Source of the DNA: Escherichia phage vB_EcoA_ASO2B
Length of the DNA stretch: 39,917 bases
Strand: one strand, 5' to 3'
Sequence record: MZ726794.1
Shown piece by piece: positions 18,445-26,756 of this stretch. Both the position numbers and the translations under genes were made by a program. The notes under the pieces were generated by a model, which saw nothing but the letters and a program-made list of their open reading frames with translations, had not been told where the DNA came from and did no database searches. Positions within the stretch are counted from its first letter, which is position 1, and every line of letters begins with the position of its first letter.

Positions 18445-20013
18445 ATGGCTGAACGTGAAGGGTTCGCTGCTGAAGGAGCCAAAGCGGTCTATGACCGACT
18501 GAAGAACGGTAGACAGCCATATGAGACACGCGCTCAGAATTGTGCTGCTGTCACTATCCCGTCACTGTTTCCTAAGGAGTCCGACAACTCGTCTACTGAG
18601 TACACCACTCCGTGGCAAGCTGTAGGTGCTCGATGTTTGAACAACTTGGCTGCAAAGCTGATGTTGGCATTATTCCCCCAGTCACCGTGGATGCGACTTA
18701 CAGTCTCCGAATATGAGGCTAAGACCTTGAGTCAGGACTCAGAGGCTGCTGCTCGTGTTGACGAGGGGCTTGCTATGGTCGAGCGTGTGTTGATGGCCTA
18801 CATGGAGACAAACAGTTTCCGTGTGCCATTGTTCGAAGCTCTGAAGCAGCTTATAGTCTCCGGTAACTGTCTGCTCTACATTCCAGAGCCTGAACAGGGA
18901 ACCTACAGTCCCATGCGAATGTACCGCTTAGTGTCTTACGTTGTTCAACGTGATGCGTTCGGTAACATCTTGCAGATTGTGACTCTCGACAAGGTAGCGT
19001 TTAGTGCTCTACCGGAAGACGTGAAGTCTCAACTCAACGCAGACGACTATGAGCCTGACACCGAGCTGGAAGTGTATACGCACATTTACCGTCAGGACGA
19101 CGAGTATCTACGCTACGAGGAAGTGGAAGGCATTGAGGTAGCAGGGACCGATGGTTCTTACCCACTGACTGCCTGTCCATACATCCCGGTACGAATGGTT
19201 CGACTGGACGGTGAAGACTATGGGCGCTCTTATTGCGAGGAGTATCTGGGAGACCTGAACTCGCTGGAGACGATTACAGAAGCTATCACCAAAATGGCTA
19301 AGGTAGCCTCCAAAGTGGTGGGCCTCGTTAACCCGAACGGTATCACGCAACCTCGTCGTCTGAATAAGGCGGCTACAGGTGAGTTCGTGGCTGGTCGCGT
19401 TGAGGACATCAACTTTCTGCAACTGACGAAAGGTCAGGACTTTACGATTGCTAAATCGGTGGCTGACGCTATCGAGCAACGTCTAGGCTGGGCCTTCCTT
19501 CTCAATAGTGCTGTTCAGCGTAATGCCGAGCGAGTCACTGCCGAAGAGATTCGTTATGTTGCTGGCGAACTGGAGGCGACCTTAGGTGGCGTGTATTCAG
19601 TACAGTCACAAGAGCTTCAGTTACCTATCGTCCGTGTGCTGATGAACCAACTTCAGTCTGCTGGCATGATTCCTGACCTTCCGAAAGAAGCGGTAGAGCC
19701 TACTGTCTCAACTGGTCTGGAAGCTCTGGGCCGTGGTCAGGACTTGGAGAAGCTGACTCAGGCGGTTAACATGATGACTGGTCTTCAGCCGCTATCTCAG
19801 GACCCGGACATCAATTTGCCGACCCTTAAGCTGCGACTCCTGAACGCTCTGGGCATCGACACCGCTGGCCTACTCCTGACGCAAGACGAGAAGATTCAGC
19901 GCATGGCAGAGCAGTCGTCTCAACAGGCAGTTGTCCAAGGTGCTAGTGCTGCTGGTGCTAACATGGGTGCTGCTGTAGGTCAGGGAGCTGGTGAGGACAT
20001 GGCTCAAGCCTAA
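18445..20013 (+). CDS. Portal (head-tail connector) protein, T7 gene 8 homolog
   Basis: PYETRAQNCA, TPWQAVGAR, YRLVSYVVQRDAFGN, LRYEEVEG, RLDGEDYGRSY, ITQPRRL, ERVTAEEIRYVA match T7 gp8. Confidence 0.96.
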   Translation: MAEREGFAAEGAKAVYDRLKNGRQPYETRAQNCAAVTIPSLFPKESDNSSTEYTTPWQAVGARCLNNLAAKLMLALFPQSPWMRLTVSEYEAKTLSQDSEAAARVDEGLAMVERVLMAYMETNSFRVPLFEALKQLIVSGNCLLYIPEPEQGTYSPMRMYRLVSYVVQRDAFGNILQIVTLDKVAFSALPEDVKSQLNADDYEPDTELEVYTHIYRQDDEYLRYEEVEGIEVAGTDGSYPLTACPYIPVRMVRLDGEDYGRSYCEEYLGDLNSLETITEAITKMAKVASKVVGLVNPNGITQPRRLNKAATGEFVAGRVEDINFLQLTKGQDFTIAKSVADAIEQRLGWAFLLNSAVQRNAERVTAEEIRYVAGELEATLGGVYSVQSQELQLPIVRVLMNQLQSAGMIPDLPKEAVEPTVSTGLEALGRGQDLEKLTQAVNMMTGLQPLSQDPDINLPTLKLRLLNALGIDTAGLLLTQDEKIQRMAEQSSQQAVVQGASAAGANMGAAVGQGAGEDMAQA

Positions 20014-20031
20014 ACTATCACTATAGGAACA
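20009..20031 (+). promoter_or_regulatory. Phage RNAP promoter (phi9-like)
   Basis: cctaaactatcactataggaac overlapping the portal stop. Confidence 0.8.
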
Positions 20032-20121
20032 ACACAACTTGAGTGAGTGAACGCATAGCCAGCCGTAACGGGAGGGCAGGTTGTTGTGTTTCCTATTAAC
20101 GACTTAAAGGAGAATGACTTA

Positions 20122-21006
20122 ATGTCTCAATCAGTTTATGCCGAGTTCGGCGTTAGCTCTAATGCAATCACTGGTTCCGTTGAGGACCTGAACGAACACC
20201 AGAAGTCTATGCTTGAACAGGACGTAGCTGTTCGTGATGGCGATGACGCTATTACCTTCAAGCAACTGGAAGCCGAAAACGAAGAGGCGACCGAAGAAGA
20301 CGAAAACGTCGAAGAGACTGAAGGTGAAGAAGACCACGAGTCAGATGACGAAGAGTCTGAGACAGATGGTGAGCAACCTGAGTTCGTAGAACTTGGTGAT
20401 GCACCTAAAGAGCTGACCGAAAGTGTCACCGCTCTGGATGAAAACGAAGCTGCATTTGACGACATGGTGTCTTCTGCTGTAGAAGCCGGCAAGGTCACTG
20501 CTGATGAAATTACCGCTATCAAGGCTGAATACGCCAAGGACGGTAAGCTGTCTGACGCATCCTACGCTAAGTTGCAGGAAGCAGGTTACACCAAGCGTTT
20601 CGTAGATTCGTTTGTCCGTGGTCAGGAAGCTCTGGCTGAACAGTATGCTGCTGGTGTGGTTCGCTACGCTGGCGGAGCTGAACAGTTTAATCGCATCCTG
20701 TCACACCTTGAGTCCAACGACCCATCAACTCGTGAAGCACTGGAAGCTGCTATCGTTCGTAAGGACATTGCGACTACCAAAGCTCTGCTGAATCTGGCTG
20801 GCAAGACTCTGGGTAAAGCTGTGGGTGTTAAACCTCAGCGTACCATCACCACTCAGGCTAAACCTGTGGTCGCACCTAAGGCTCCTCAGACCGAAGCATT
20901 CAGCTCCAAGGCTGACATGATTAAGGCCATGAGTGACCCGCGATACCTGCGTGACGCTAAATACACTATGGAAGTTCGCGCTAAGGTAGCTGCCTCAAGC
21001 CTGTAG
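20122..21006 (+). CDS. Capsid scaffolding protein (T7 gene 9 homolog)
   Basis: Start at 20122 (SD aaggag); acidic middle region; C-terminal IKAMSDPRY as in T7 gp9. Confidence 0.9.
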   Translation: MSQSVYAEFGVSSNAITGSVEDLNEHQKSMLEQDVAVRDGDDAITFKQLEAENEEATEEDENVEETEGEEDHESDDEESETDGEQPEFVELGDAPKELTESVTALDENEAAFDDMVSSAVEAGKVTADEITAIKAEYAKDGKLSDASYAKLQEAGYTKRFVDSFVRGQEALAEQYAAGVVRYAGGAEQFNRILSHLESNDPSTREALEAAIVRKDIATTKALLNLAGKTLGKAVGVKPQRTITTQAKPVVAPKAPQTEAFSSKADMIKAMSDPRYLRDAKYTMEVRAKVAASSL

Positions 21007-21007
21007 G

Positions 21008-21031
21008 ACTAAACTATCACTATAGGGAGAC
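21008..21031 (+). promoter_or_regulatory. Phage RNAP promoter (phi10-like), full consensus ctaaactatcactatagggaga
   Basis: Only copy with the full GGGAGA start; located upstream of the capsid gene as T7 phi10. Confidence 0.85.
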
Positions 21032-21132
21032 CAAGAGATAGACTCAAGGTTTCCCTATTACTTCAGTCCATACGGATTGGGCATACAGTAAGTAATAAAC
21101 TTTATCTTTCAATTGAATAGGAGAATTATCAT

Positions 21133-22176
21133 ATGGCAAACGTTCCGGGTCAGAAAATTGGTACAGACCAAGGTAAAGGCAAATCCAGTTCAGACGCTCT
21201 GGCGTTGTTCCTGAAGGTATTTGCTGGTGAAGTCCTGACCGCATTCACTCGCCGCTCTGTAACTGCTGACAAGCATATTGTCCGTACCATTCAGAACGGT
21301 AAGTCTGCTCAGTTCCCGGTCATGGGTCGCACCTCTGGTGTGTATCTGGCTCCGGGTGAGCGACTGTCCGATAAGCGTAAAGGTATCAAACATACCGAGA
21401 AAGTGATTACCATTGATGGTCTGCTGACTGCCGATGTGATGATTTTCGACATTGAAGACGCGATGAACCACTACGACGTGGCTGGCGAGTATTCCAACCA
21501 GTTGGGCGAAGCTCTGGCTATCGCTGCTGATGGTGCGGTGCTGGCTGAAATGGCGATCCTGTGTAACCTCCCGGCTGCATCCAACGAGAACATCGCGGGT
21601 CTTGGCACTGCGTCAGTACTGGAAGTTGGCAAGAAAGCTGACCTCAACACCCCGGCTAAACTGGGTGAAGCAATCATTGGTCAACTGACCATTGCTCGTG
21701 CGAAGCTGACCTCCAACTACGTTCCTGCTGGCGACCGTTACTTCTACACCACGCCGGACAACTACTCTGCAATCCTAGCGGCTCTGATGCCGAACGCTGC
21801 TAACTATGCTGCGCTGATTGACCCAGAGACTGGTAACATCCGTAACGTGATGGGCTTCGTTGTTGTTGAAGTTCCGCATCTGGTACAGGGTGGCGCTGGT
21901 GAGACTCGTGGTGACGATGGCATCTCTATCGCTTCCGGTCAGAAACACGCATTCCCGGCAACTGCTACTGGCGACGTTAAAGTTGCTATGGACAACGTTG
22001 TTGGTCTGTTCTCTCACCGTTCTGCTGTGGGTACTGTGAAGCTGCGTGACTTGGCGCTGGAACGTGACCGTGACGTAGATGCTCAGGGCGACCTGATTGT
22101 TGGTAAATACGCTATGGGTCACGGTGGTCTGCGTCCTGAAGCGGCTGGCGCACTGGTTTTCAGCCCAGCGGCGTAA
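21133..22176 (+). CDS. Major capsid protein (gene 10A)
   Basis: SD aggaga; LALFLKVFAGEVLTAF, KHTEKVITIDGLLTADV, ILAALMPNAANYAALIDPE, AMGHGGLRPEAAG match T7 gp10A. Confidence 0.97.
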   Translation: MANVPGQKIGTDQGKGKSSSDALALFLKVFAGEVLTAFTRRSVTADKHIVRTIQNGKSAQFPVMGRTSGVYLAPGERLSDKRKGIKHTEKVITIDGLLTADVMIFDIEDAMNHYDVAGEYSNQLGEALAIAADGAVLAEMAILCNLPAASNENIAGLGTASVLEVGKKADLNTPAKLGEAIIGQLTIARAKLTSNYVPAGDRYFYTTPDNYSAILAALMPNAANYAALIDPETGNIRNVMGFVVVEVPHLVQGGAGETRGDDGISIASGQKHAFPATATGDVKVAMDNVVGLFSHRSAVGTVKLRDLALERDRDVDAQGDLIVGKYAMGHGGLRPEAAGALVFSPAA

Positions 22177-22307
22177 GCACCTTTAGCCAACCTAACGTCG
22201 CTACAGTAGCGGCTGCACCTGAAGAGGAGACTCTAACTCCTCAACAGAAAGCTGCGCGTACTCGTGCTGCGAACAGGGCCGCTAAACTGGCTGAGTCCAA
22301 CAACTAA
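22155..22307 (+). other. Programmed -1 frameshift site (G GTT TTC, 22155-22161) and 48-codon extension giving minor capsid protein 10B
   Basis: Slippery heptamer at the same place as T7; the -1 frame reads QPSGVSTFSQPNVATVAAAPEEETLTPQQKAARTRAANRAAKLAESNN to TAA 22305-22307, resembling the T7 10B extension. Confidence 0.7.
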
Positions 22308-22310
22308 TTG

Positions 22311-22350
22311 AAACCCCTTGGGTGCCTTCGGGTGCTTGAGGGGTTTTTTG
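22311..22350 (+). terminator. Late terminator (Tphi-like)
   Basis: aaaccccttgggtgccttcgggtgcttgaggggttttttg: GC-rich hairpin with G-U pairs plus a T6 tract, near-identical architecture to T7 Tphi. Confidence 0.85.
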
Positions 22351-22364
22351 CTTAAGGAGGTACT

Positions 22365-22454
22365 ATGGTCCTTATTTACACAGGGTTAGCACTATTCGTC
22401 TTATTCTGGGCGTACCTGCTGTCCAGCTCACCGTCTAGCGCCTATGACCGTTAA
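22365..22454 (+). CDS. Possible small hydrophobic peptide (29 aa)
   Basis: ATG 22365 with SD aaggagg; MVLIYTGLALFVLFWAYLLSSSPSSAYDR; its stop codon lies inside the SD of gene 11. Confidence 0.3.
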   Translation: MVLIYTGLALFVLFWAYLLSSSPSSAYDR

Positions 22455-22465
22455 GGAGTAAACCT

Positions 22466-23032
22466 ATGGCTCAATACATTCCACTGAATGCTAACGATGA
22501 CTTAGACGCCATCAACGATATGTTAGCTGCTATCGGTGAACCAGCAGTCCTACAGCTTGACGAGGGGAACGCTGACGTCTCGAACGCTCAACGTATCCTG
22601 CATCGTGTCAATCGTCAGGTCCAAGCTAAAGGCTGGAACTTTAATATCAATGAAGCTGCTGTCCTGACACCTGATGTCCAAGACAATAGGATTCGATTCT
22701 TGCCGTCATACCTTCGCGTAATGACCGCTGGGGCCACCAGCTACTACAGCAACATGGGTGGATACCTGTACGACCTATCCACTCAGTCAACCACTTTCAC
22801 CGACCCCATCACGGTAGAGCTTGTGGAGATGAAGCCATTCTCCGAGATGCCTGTGGTCTTCAGGGACTACATCGTCACTAAAGCTAGCCGTGAGTTCAAC
22901 GCTAAGTTCTTCGGTAGCCCAGAGTCAGAGCTATACCTTCGTGAGCAGGAAGCAGAACTCTATCAGCAGGTTATGGAGTACGAGATGGACACTGGTCGCT
23001 ACAACATGATGTCTGACATCGGGAGGGACTAA
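22466..23032 (+). CDS. Tail tubular protein A (T7 gene 11 homolog)
   Basis: RILHRVNRQVQAKGWNFNINE, YIVTKASREFNAKFFG, EYEMD match T7 gp11. Confidence 0.9.
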   Translation: MAQYIPLNANDDLDAINDMLAAIGEPAVLQLDEGNADVSNAQRILHRVNRQVQAKGWNFNINEAAVLTPDVQDNRIRFLPSYLRVMTAGATSYYSNMGGYLYDLSTQSTTFTDPITVELVEMKPFSEMPVVFRDYIVTKASREFNAKFFGSPESELYLREQEAELYQQVMEYEMDTGRYNMMSDIGRD

Positions 23033-23259
23033 TGGCTAGTCACAACCTGAAGATTCACCGCCAGCACTTTGGTCCGGTACAACTAGGTCTAAAGACAGCA
23101 GAGCTGAGACTTAACGACCGGGACTTTAAGGTTGGCGATTGGCTTATCCTGAATGAGTGGGACAACGGGTATACTGGACAACAGGTAGCACGTAAGGTTG
23201 TCCACATTGCTGACGTTGGTGACATCGCTGAGGGATACGTCCTAATGAGTATGATTTAA
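23032..23259 (+). CDS. Small PUA/ASCH-like protein (DUF3850-like), 75 aa, inserted between gp11 and gp12
   Basis: Pattern KIHRQHFGPVQLGLKTAELRLNDRDFKVGDWLILNEWD...YTGQQVARKVVHI resembles DUF3850 small phage proteins (from memory); start overlaps gp11 stop (TAATG). Confidence 0.55.
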   Translation: MASHNLKIHRQHFGPVQLGLKTAELRLNDRDFKVGDWLILNEWDNGYTGQQVARKVVHIADVGDIAEGYVLMSMI

Positions 23260-23268
23260 GGAGGGCCT

Positions 23269-25626
23269 ATGCCACTAATTACTCAATCAATCAAGAACCT
23301 TAAAGGTGGTATTAGCCAGCAGCCAGACATACTGAGGTTCTCAGACCAAGGCGAAGCACAAGTTAACTGCTGGTCATCCGAGAGTGATGGCCTCCAGAAG
23401 CGCCCACCTACAGTCTTCAAGCGACGTCTTAACATCGACGTTGGAAGCAACCCTAAGTTCCACCTGATTAACCGTGATGAGCAGGAGCAGTATTACATCG
23501 TGTTCAATGGGTCAAACATTCAGGTAGTTGACTTGAGTGGTAATCAATACGCAGTGTCAGGTTCGGTAGACTACGTTAAGTCCTCCAACCCACGAGATGA
23601 CATCCGTGTCGTTACCGTGGCAGACTATACGTTCGTCGTTAACCGTAAGGTTGTCGTCAAAGGTGGAAGCGAGAAGTCACACTCTGGTTATAACCGCAAA
23701 GCACGAGCTTTAATTAACCTACGTGGTGGACAGTATGGTCGAACCCTTAAGGTGGGAATCAACGGTGGCGTTAAGGTCTCGCATAAGCTACCAGCAGGTA
23801 ATGATGCCGAGAATGACCCGCCTAAGGTGGACGCTCAAGCCATTGGTGCAGCTCTGAGAGACCTTCTTGTTACTGCCTACCCTACCTTCACGTTTGACCT
23901 TGGGTCTGGATTCCTGCTAATCACAGCTCCTTCAGGGACCGATATTAACTCAGTGGAGACGGAGGATGGCTACGCTAACCAGCTAATAAGCCCAGTCCTA
24001 GACACTGTGCAGACAATCTCTAAACTACCTCTTGCTGCTCCTAATGGGTATATCATTAAGATTCAAGGTGAGACAAACAGTAGCGCCGATGAATACTACG
24101 TGATGTATGACTCCAACACTAAGACGTGGAAGGAGACAGTGGAGCCGGGAGTTGTCACTGGGTTCGATAACACCACAATGCCACACGCTCTGGTACGACA
24201 ATCTGATGGCTCCTTTGAGTTCAAGGCTCTGGACTGGTCTAAGCGTGGTGCTGGTAATGATGACACAAGCCCTATGCCTAGCTTCGTGGATGCTACGATT
24301 AACGATGTGTTCTTCTACAGGAACAGGCTAGGGTTCTTGTCAGGCGAGAACGTAATCATGAGCCGTTCAGCAAGCTACTTTGCGTTCTTCCCTAAGAGTG
24401 TGGCGACACTGAGTGATGATGATCCTATTGATGTAGCTGTAAGTCACCCTAGAATCTCAATCCTTAAGTATGCCGTTCCGTTTAGCGAGCAGCTACTACT
24501 TTGGTCAGATGAGGTGCAGTTCGTGATGACAAGCTCAGGGGTCCTTACCTCGAAGTCTATCCAGCTTGATGTAGGCTCAGAGTTTGCCTTAGGAGATAAT
24601 GCCAGACCGTTCGCTGTAGGACGCTCAGTCTTCTTCTCAGCGCCTCGTGGATCATTCACCAGCATTAAGCGATACTTCGCTGTAGCAGATGTGTCTGACG
24701 TGAAGGATGCCGATGATACCACTGGTCACGTACTATCCTATATCCCTAACGGGGTGTTTGACATTCAGGGAACAGGGACTGAGAACTACATCTGCGTCAA
24801 CTCTACAGGTGCATACAACCGAATCTACATCTACAAGTTCTTGTTTAAGGACGGCGTACAGCTTCAAGCCTCTTGGTCTCACTGGGAGTTCCCTAAAGCT
24901 GATAAGATTCTGGCGTCTGCGTCGATTGGCTCTACCATGTTCATTGTTCGTCAGCACCAAGGCGGCGTGGACCTTGAGCACCTTAAGTTCATCAAGGAGG
25001 CAACTGACTTTCCGTCAGAGCCGTATAGACTCCACGTTGACTCCAAGGTGTCTATGGTCATCCCAATTGGCTCGTTTAATGCTGACACATATAAGACTAC
25101 GGTTGACATTGGTGCTGCTTATGGTGGTAATGCTCCGTCTCCCGGTCGGTACTATCTGATTGACAGTCAGGGTGCTTATTTGGACCTTGGGGACTTGGCC
25201 AGTATCTCTACTGTGATTACCCTCAACGGCGATTGGTCAGGACGTACAGTGTTCATCGGACGGCCCTATCTGATGTCCTACAAGTTCTCACGGTTCCTGA
25301 TTAAGATTGAAGATGATAGGGGCACTCAGTCTGAAGACACTGGTCGTCTACAGCTTCGTCGGGCTTGGGTCAACTACAAGGACACTGGCGCTCTGAGACT
25401 CATTGTCAGAAACGGTGAGCGAGAGTTCGTTAACACCTTTAATGGGTACACCCTTGGTCAGCAGACCATAGGGACTACTAACATTGGTGACGGGCAGTAT
25501 CGCTTCGCTATGAATGGTAACGCATTAACCACGAGTCTAACCTTAGAGTCCGACTATCCTACCCCAGTGTCAATCGTTGGATGTGGCTGGGAGGCGTCAT
25601 ACGCTAAGAAAGCTCGTTCCGTCTAA
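23269..25626 (+). CDS. Tail tubular protein B (T7 gene 12 homolog)
   Basis: Size (785 aa vs 794) and synteny; SD ggaggg. Confidence 0.93.
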   Translation: MPLITQSIKNLKGGISQQPDILRFSDQGEAQVNCWSSESDGLQKRPPTVFKRRLNIDVGSNPKFHLINRDEQEQYYIVFNGSNIQVVDLSGNQYAVSGSVDYVKSSNPRDDIRVVTVADYTFVVNRKVVVKGGSEKSHSGYNRKARALINLRGGQYGRTLKVGINGGVKVSHKLPAGNDAENDPPKVDAQAIGAALRDLLVTAYPTFTFDLGSGFLLITAPSGTDINSVETEDGYANQLISPVLDTVQTISKLPLAAPNGYIIKIQGETNSSADEYYVMYDSNTKTWKETVEPGVVTGFDNTTMPHALVRQSDGSFEFKALDWSKRGAGNDDTSPMPSFVDATINDVFFYRNRLGFLSGENVIMSRSASYFAFFPKSVATLSDDDPIDVAVSHPRISILKYAVPFSEQLLLWSDEVQFVMTSSGVLTSKSIQLDVGSEFALGDNARPFAVGRSVFFSAPRGSFTSIKRYFAVADVSDVKDADDTTGHVLSYIPNGVFDIQGTGTENYICVNSTGAYNRIYIYKFLFKDGVQLQASWSHWEFPKADKILASASIGSTMFIVRQHQGGVDLEHLKFIKEATDFPSEPYRLHVDSKVSMVIPIGSFNADTYKTTVDIGAAYGGNAPSPGRYYLIDSQGAYLDLGDLASISTVITLNGDWSGRTVFIGRPYLMSYKFSRFLIKIEDDRGTQSEDTGRLQLRRAWVNYKDTGALRLIVRNGEREFVNTFNGYTLGQQTIGTTNIGDGQYRFAMNGNALTTSLTLESDYPTPVSIVGCGWEASYAKKARSV

Positions 25627-25651
25627 CTTATTGAAGGGCCTATAGATTTAC

Positions 25652-25674
25652 CTTAACTATCACTATAGGGACTA
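25652..25674 (+). promoter_or_regulatory. Phage RNAP promoter (phi13-like)
   Basis: ccttaactatcactatagggact. Confidence 0.8.
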
Positions 25675-25702
25675 TAGGCCCTTAAGGTTATAAGGAGACT
25701 TT

Positions 25703-26173
25703 ATGTATATTCGCAAGGCTACGGAACCAGATGTCCACTACTTTCTGTGGCATCTTTCAGCAGATGATGTTAATGAGTGCAAAGCAAACTATGGGTCAAC
25801 CGTTGGTCTCTCTGAAAGACTGCTTAAGCACCTATCTCCGTCATCTGTGGTTTTAACGAACGGTGTAGGCGAAGTGTTTGCTTATGGTGGAAACCAAGGG
25901 GATAACGTATGGTTCTTGACTTCCGGTCTTGTCTATAAGCTGAGACCTAAAGAGAAGCGAGAGTTCATAAAGCGTATCTCTGAATACAGGGACTTAATGT
26001 TAGACCAATACGGGACCATCTGGAACTACGTGTGGTCAGGCAATAAGTCTCACATTAAATTCTTGAAGTTGCTTGGGGCTAAATTCCATGATGATTGGAC
26101 TGTAAGCCCAGTAACTGGTGAGCGTTTTCAACTATTCACTATCTCTAAGGAGGACGTATGTGCGAGCCAGTAA
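25703..26173 (+). CDS. gp13-like protein
   Basis: Synteny with T7 gene 13; SD aaggaga. Confidence 0.65.
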   Translation: MYIRKATEPDVHYFLWHLSADDVNECKANYGSTVGLSERLLKHLSPSSVVLTNGVGEVFAYGGNQGDNVWFLTSGLVYKLRPKEKREFIKRISEYRDLMLDQYGTIWNYVWSGNKSHIKFLKLLGAKFHDDWTVSPVTGERFQLFTISKEDVCASQ

Positions 26174-26745
26174 GTATCGGCATGGGTATTATGGCTGTAG
26201 CTGGTGCCACTATGTCCGCATCCCAACAGGCCAAGGCTGAAGGAGCAGCAATTGACGCTCAGAACCGACAGGCTCAGGAAATGGTTAAGCAGATGAACTA
26301 CTCTGACGCCAACCTGAGGATGCAGGAGCGCGACCTGAAGGAGCAGCAGATGGCTGAACTGACAGAGACCACGCTCAACGGTATCCGCAATCAGGGTATG
26401 GTCCGAGCTGCGGTGGCTGAGTCCGGTCTGGAAGGTAACTCTATGGACAGGATTGAACGTCAGGTCGCGGGAGATACAGTCAAGGAGCGAGCAGGGATTA
26501 CCGAAAGTTACAACCGCGACTATGCGGCTATCTTCGGGAACCGTATCGCCAACATTGAGAACACCAAGTCTGCTATCCGTGGTCAAGGTAAAATCATCAA
26601 GACCAGCCCACTGGCTCATGCACTTAATGTTGCTAACGCCGGGATGCAAGGTTACGCCGCTGGTAAGTCAATCTCTGGAGCGTCCAGCTCTGGTGGTGCT
26701 GCACCAATTAGTGCTGCTAAAGGCACACCTACAGGTCATAGCTAA
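26158..26745 (+). CDS. Internal virion protein B (T7 gene 14 homolog)
   Basis: Starts MC...; SMDRI, YNRDYAAIF, AAKGT motifs as in T7 gp14. Confidence 0.85.
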   Translation: MCEPVSIGMGIMAVAGATMSASQQAKAEGAAIDAQNRQAQEMVKQMNYSDANLRMQERDLKEQQMAELTETTLNGIRNQGMVRAAVAESGLEGNSMDRIERQVAGDTVKERAGITESYNRDYAAIFGNRIANIENTKSAIRGQGKIIKTSPLAHALNVANAGMQGYAAGKSISGASSSGGAAPISAAKGTPTGHS

Positions 26746-26756
26746 GAGGAGGACTA

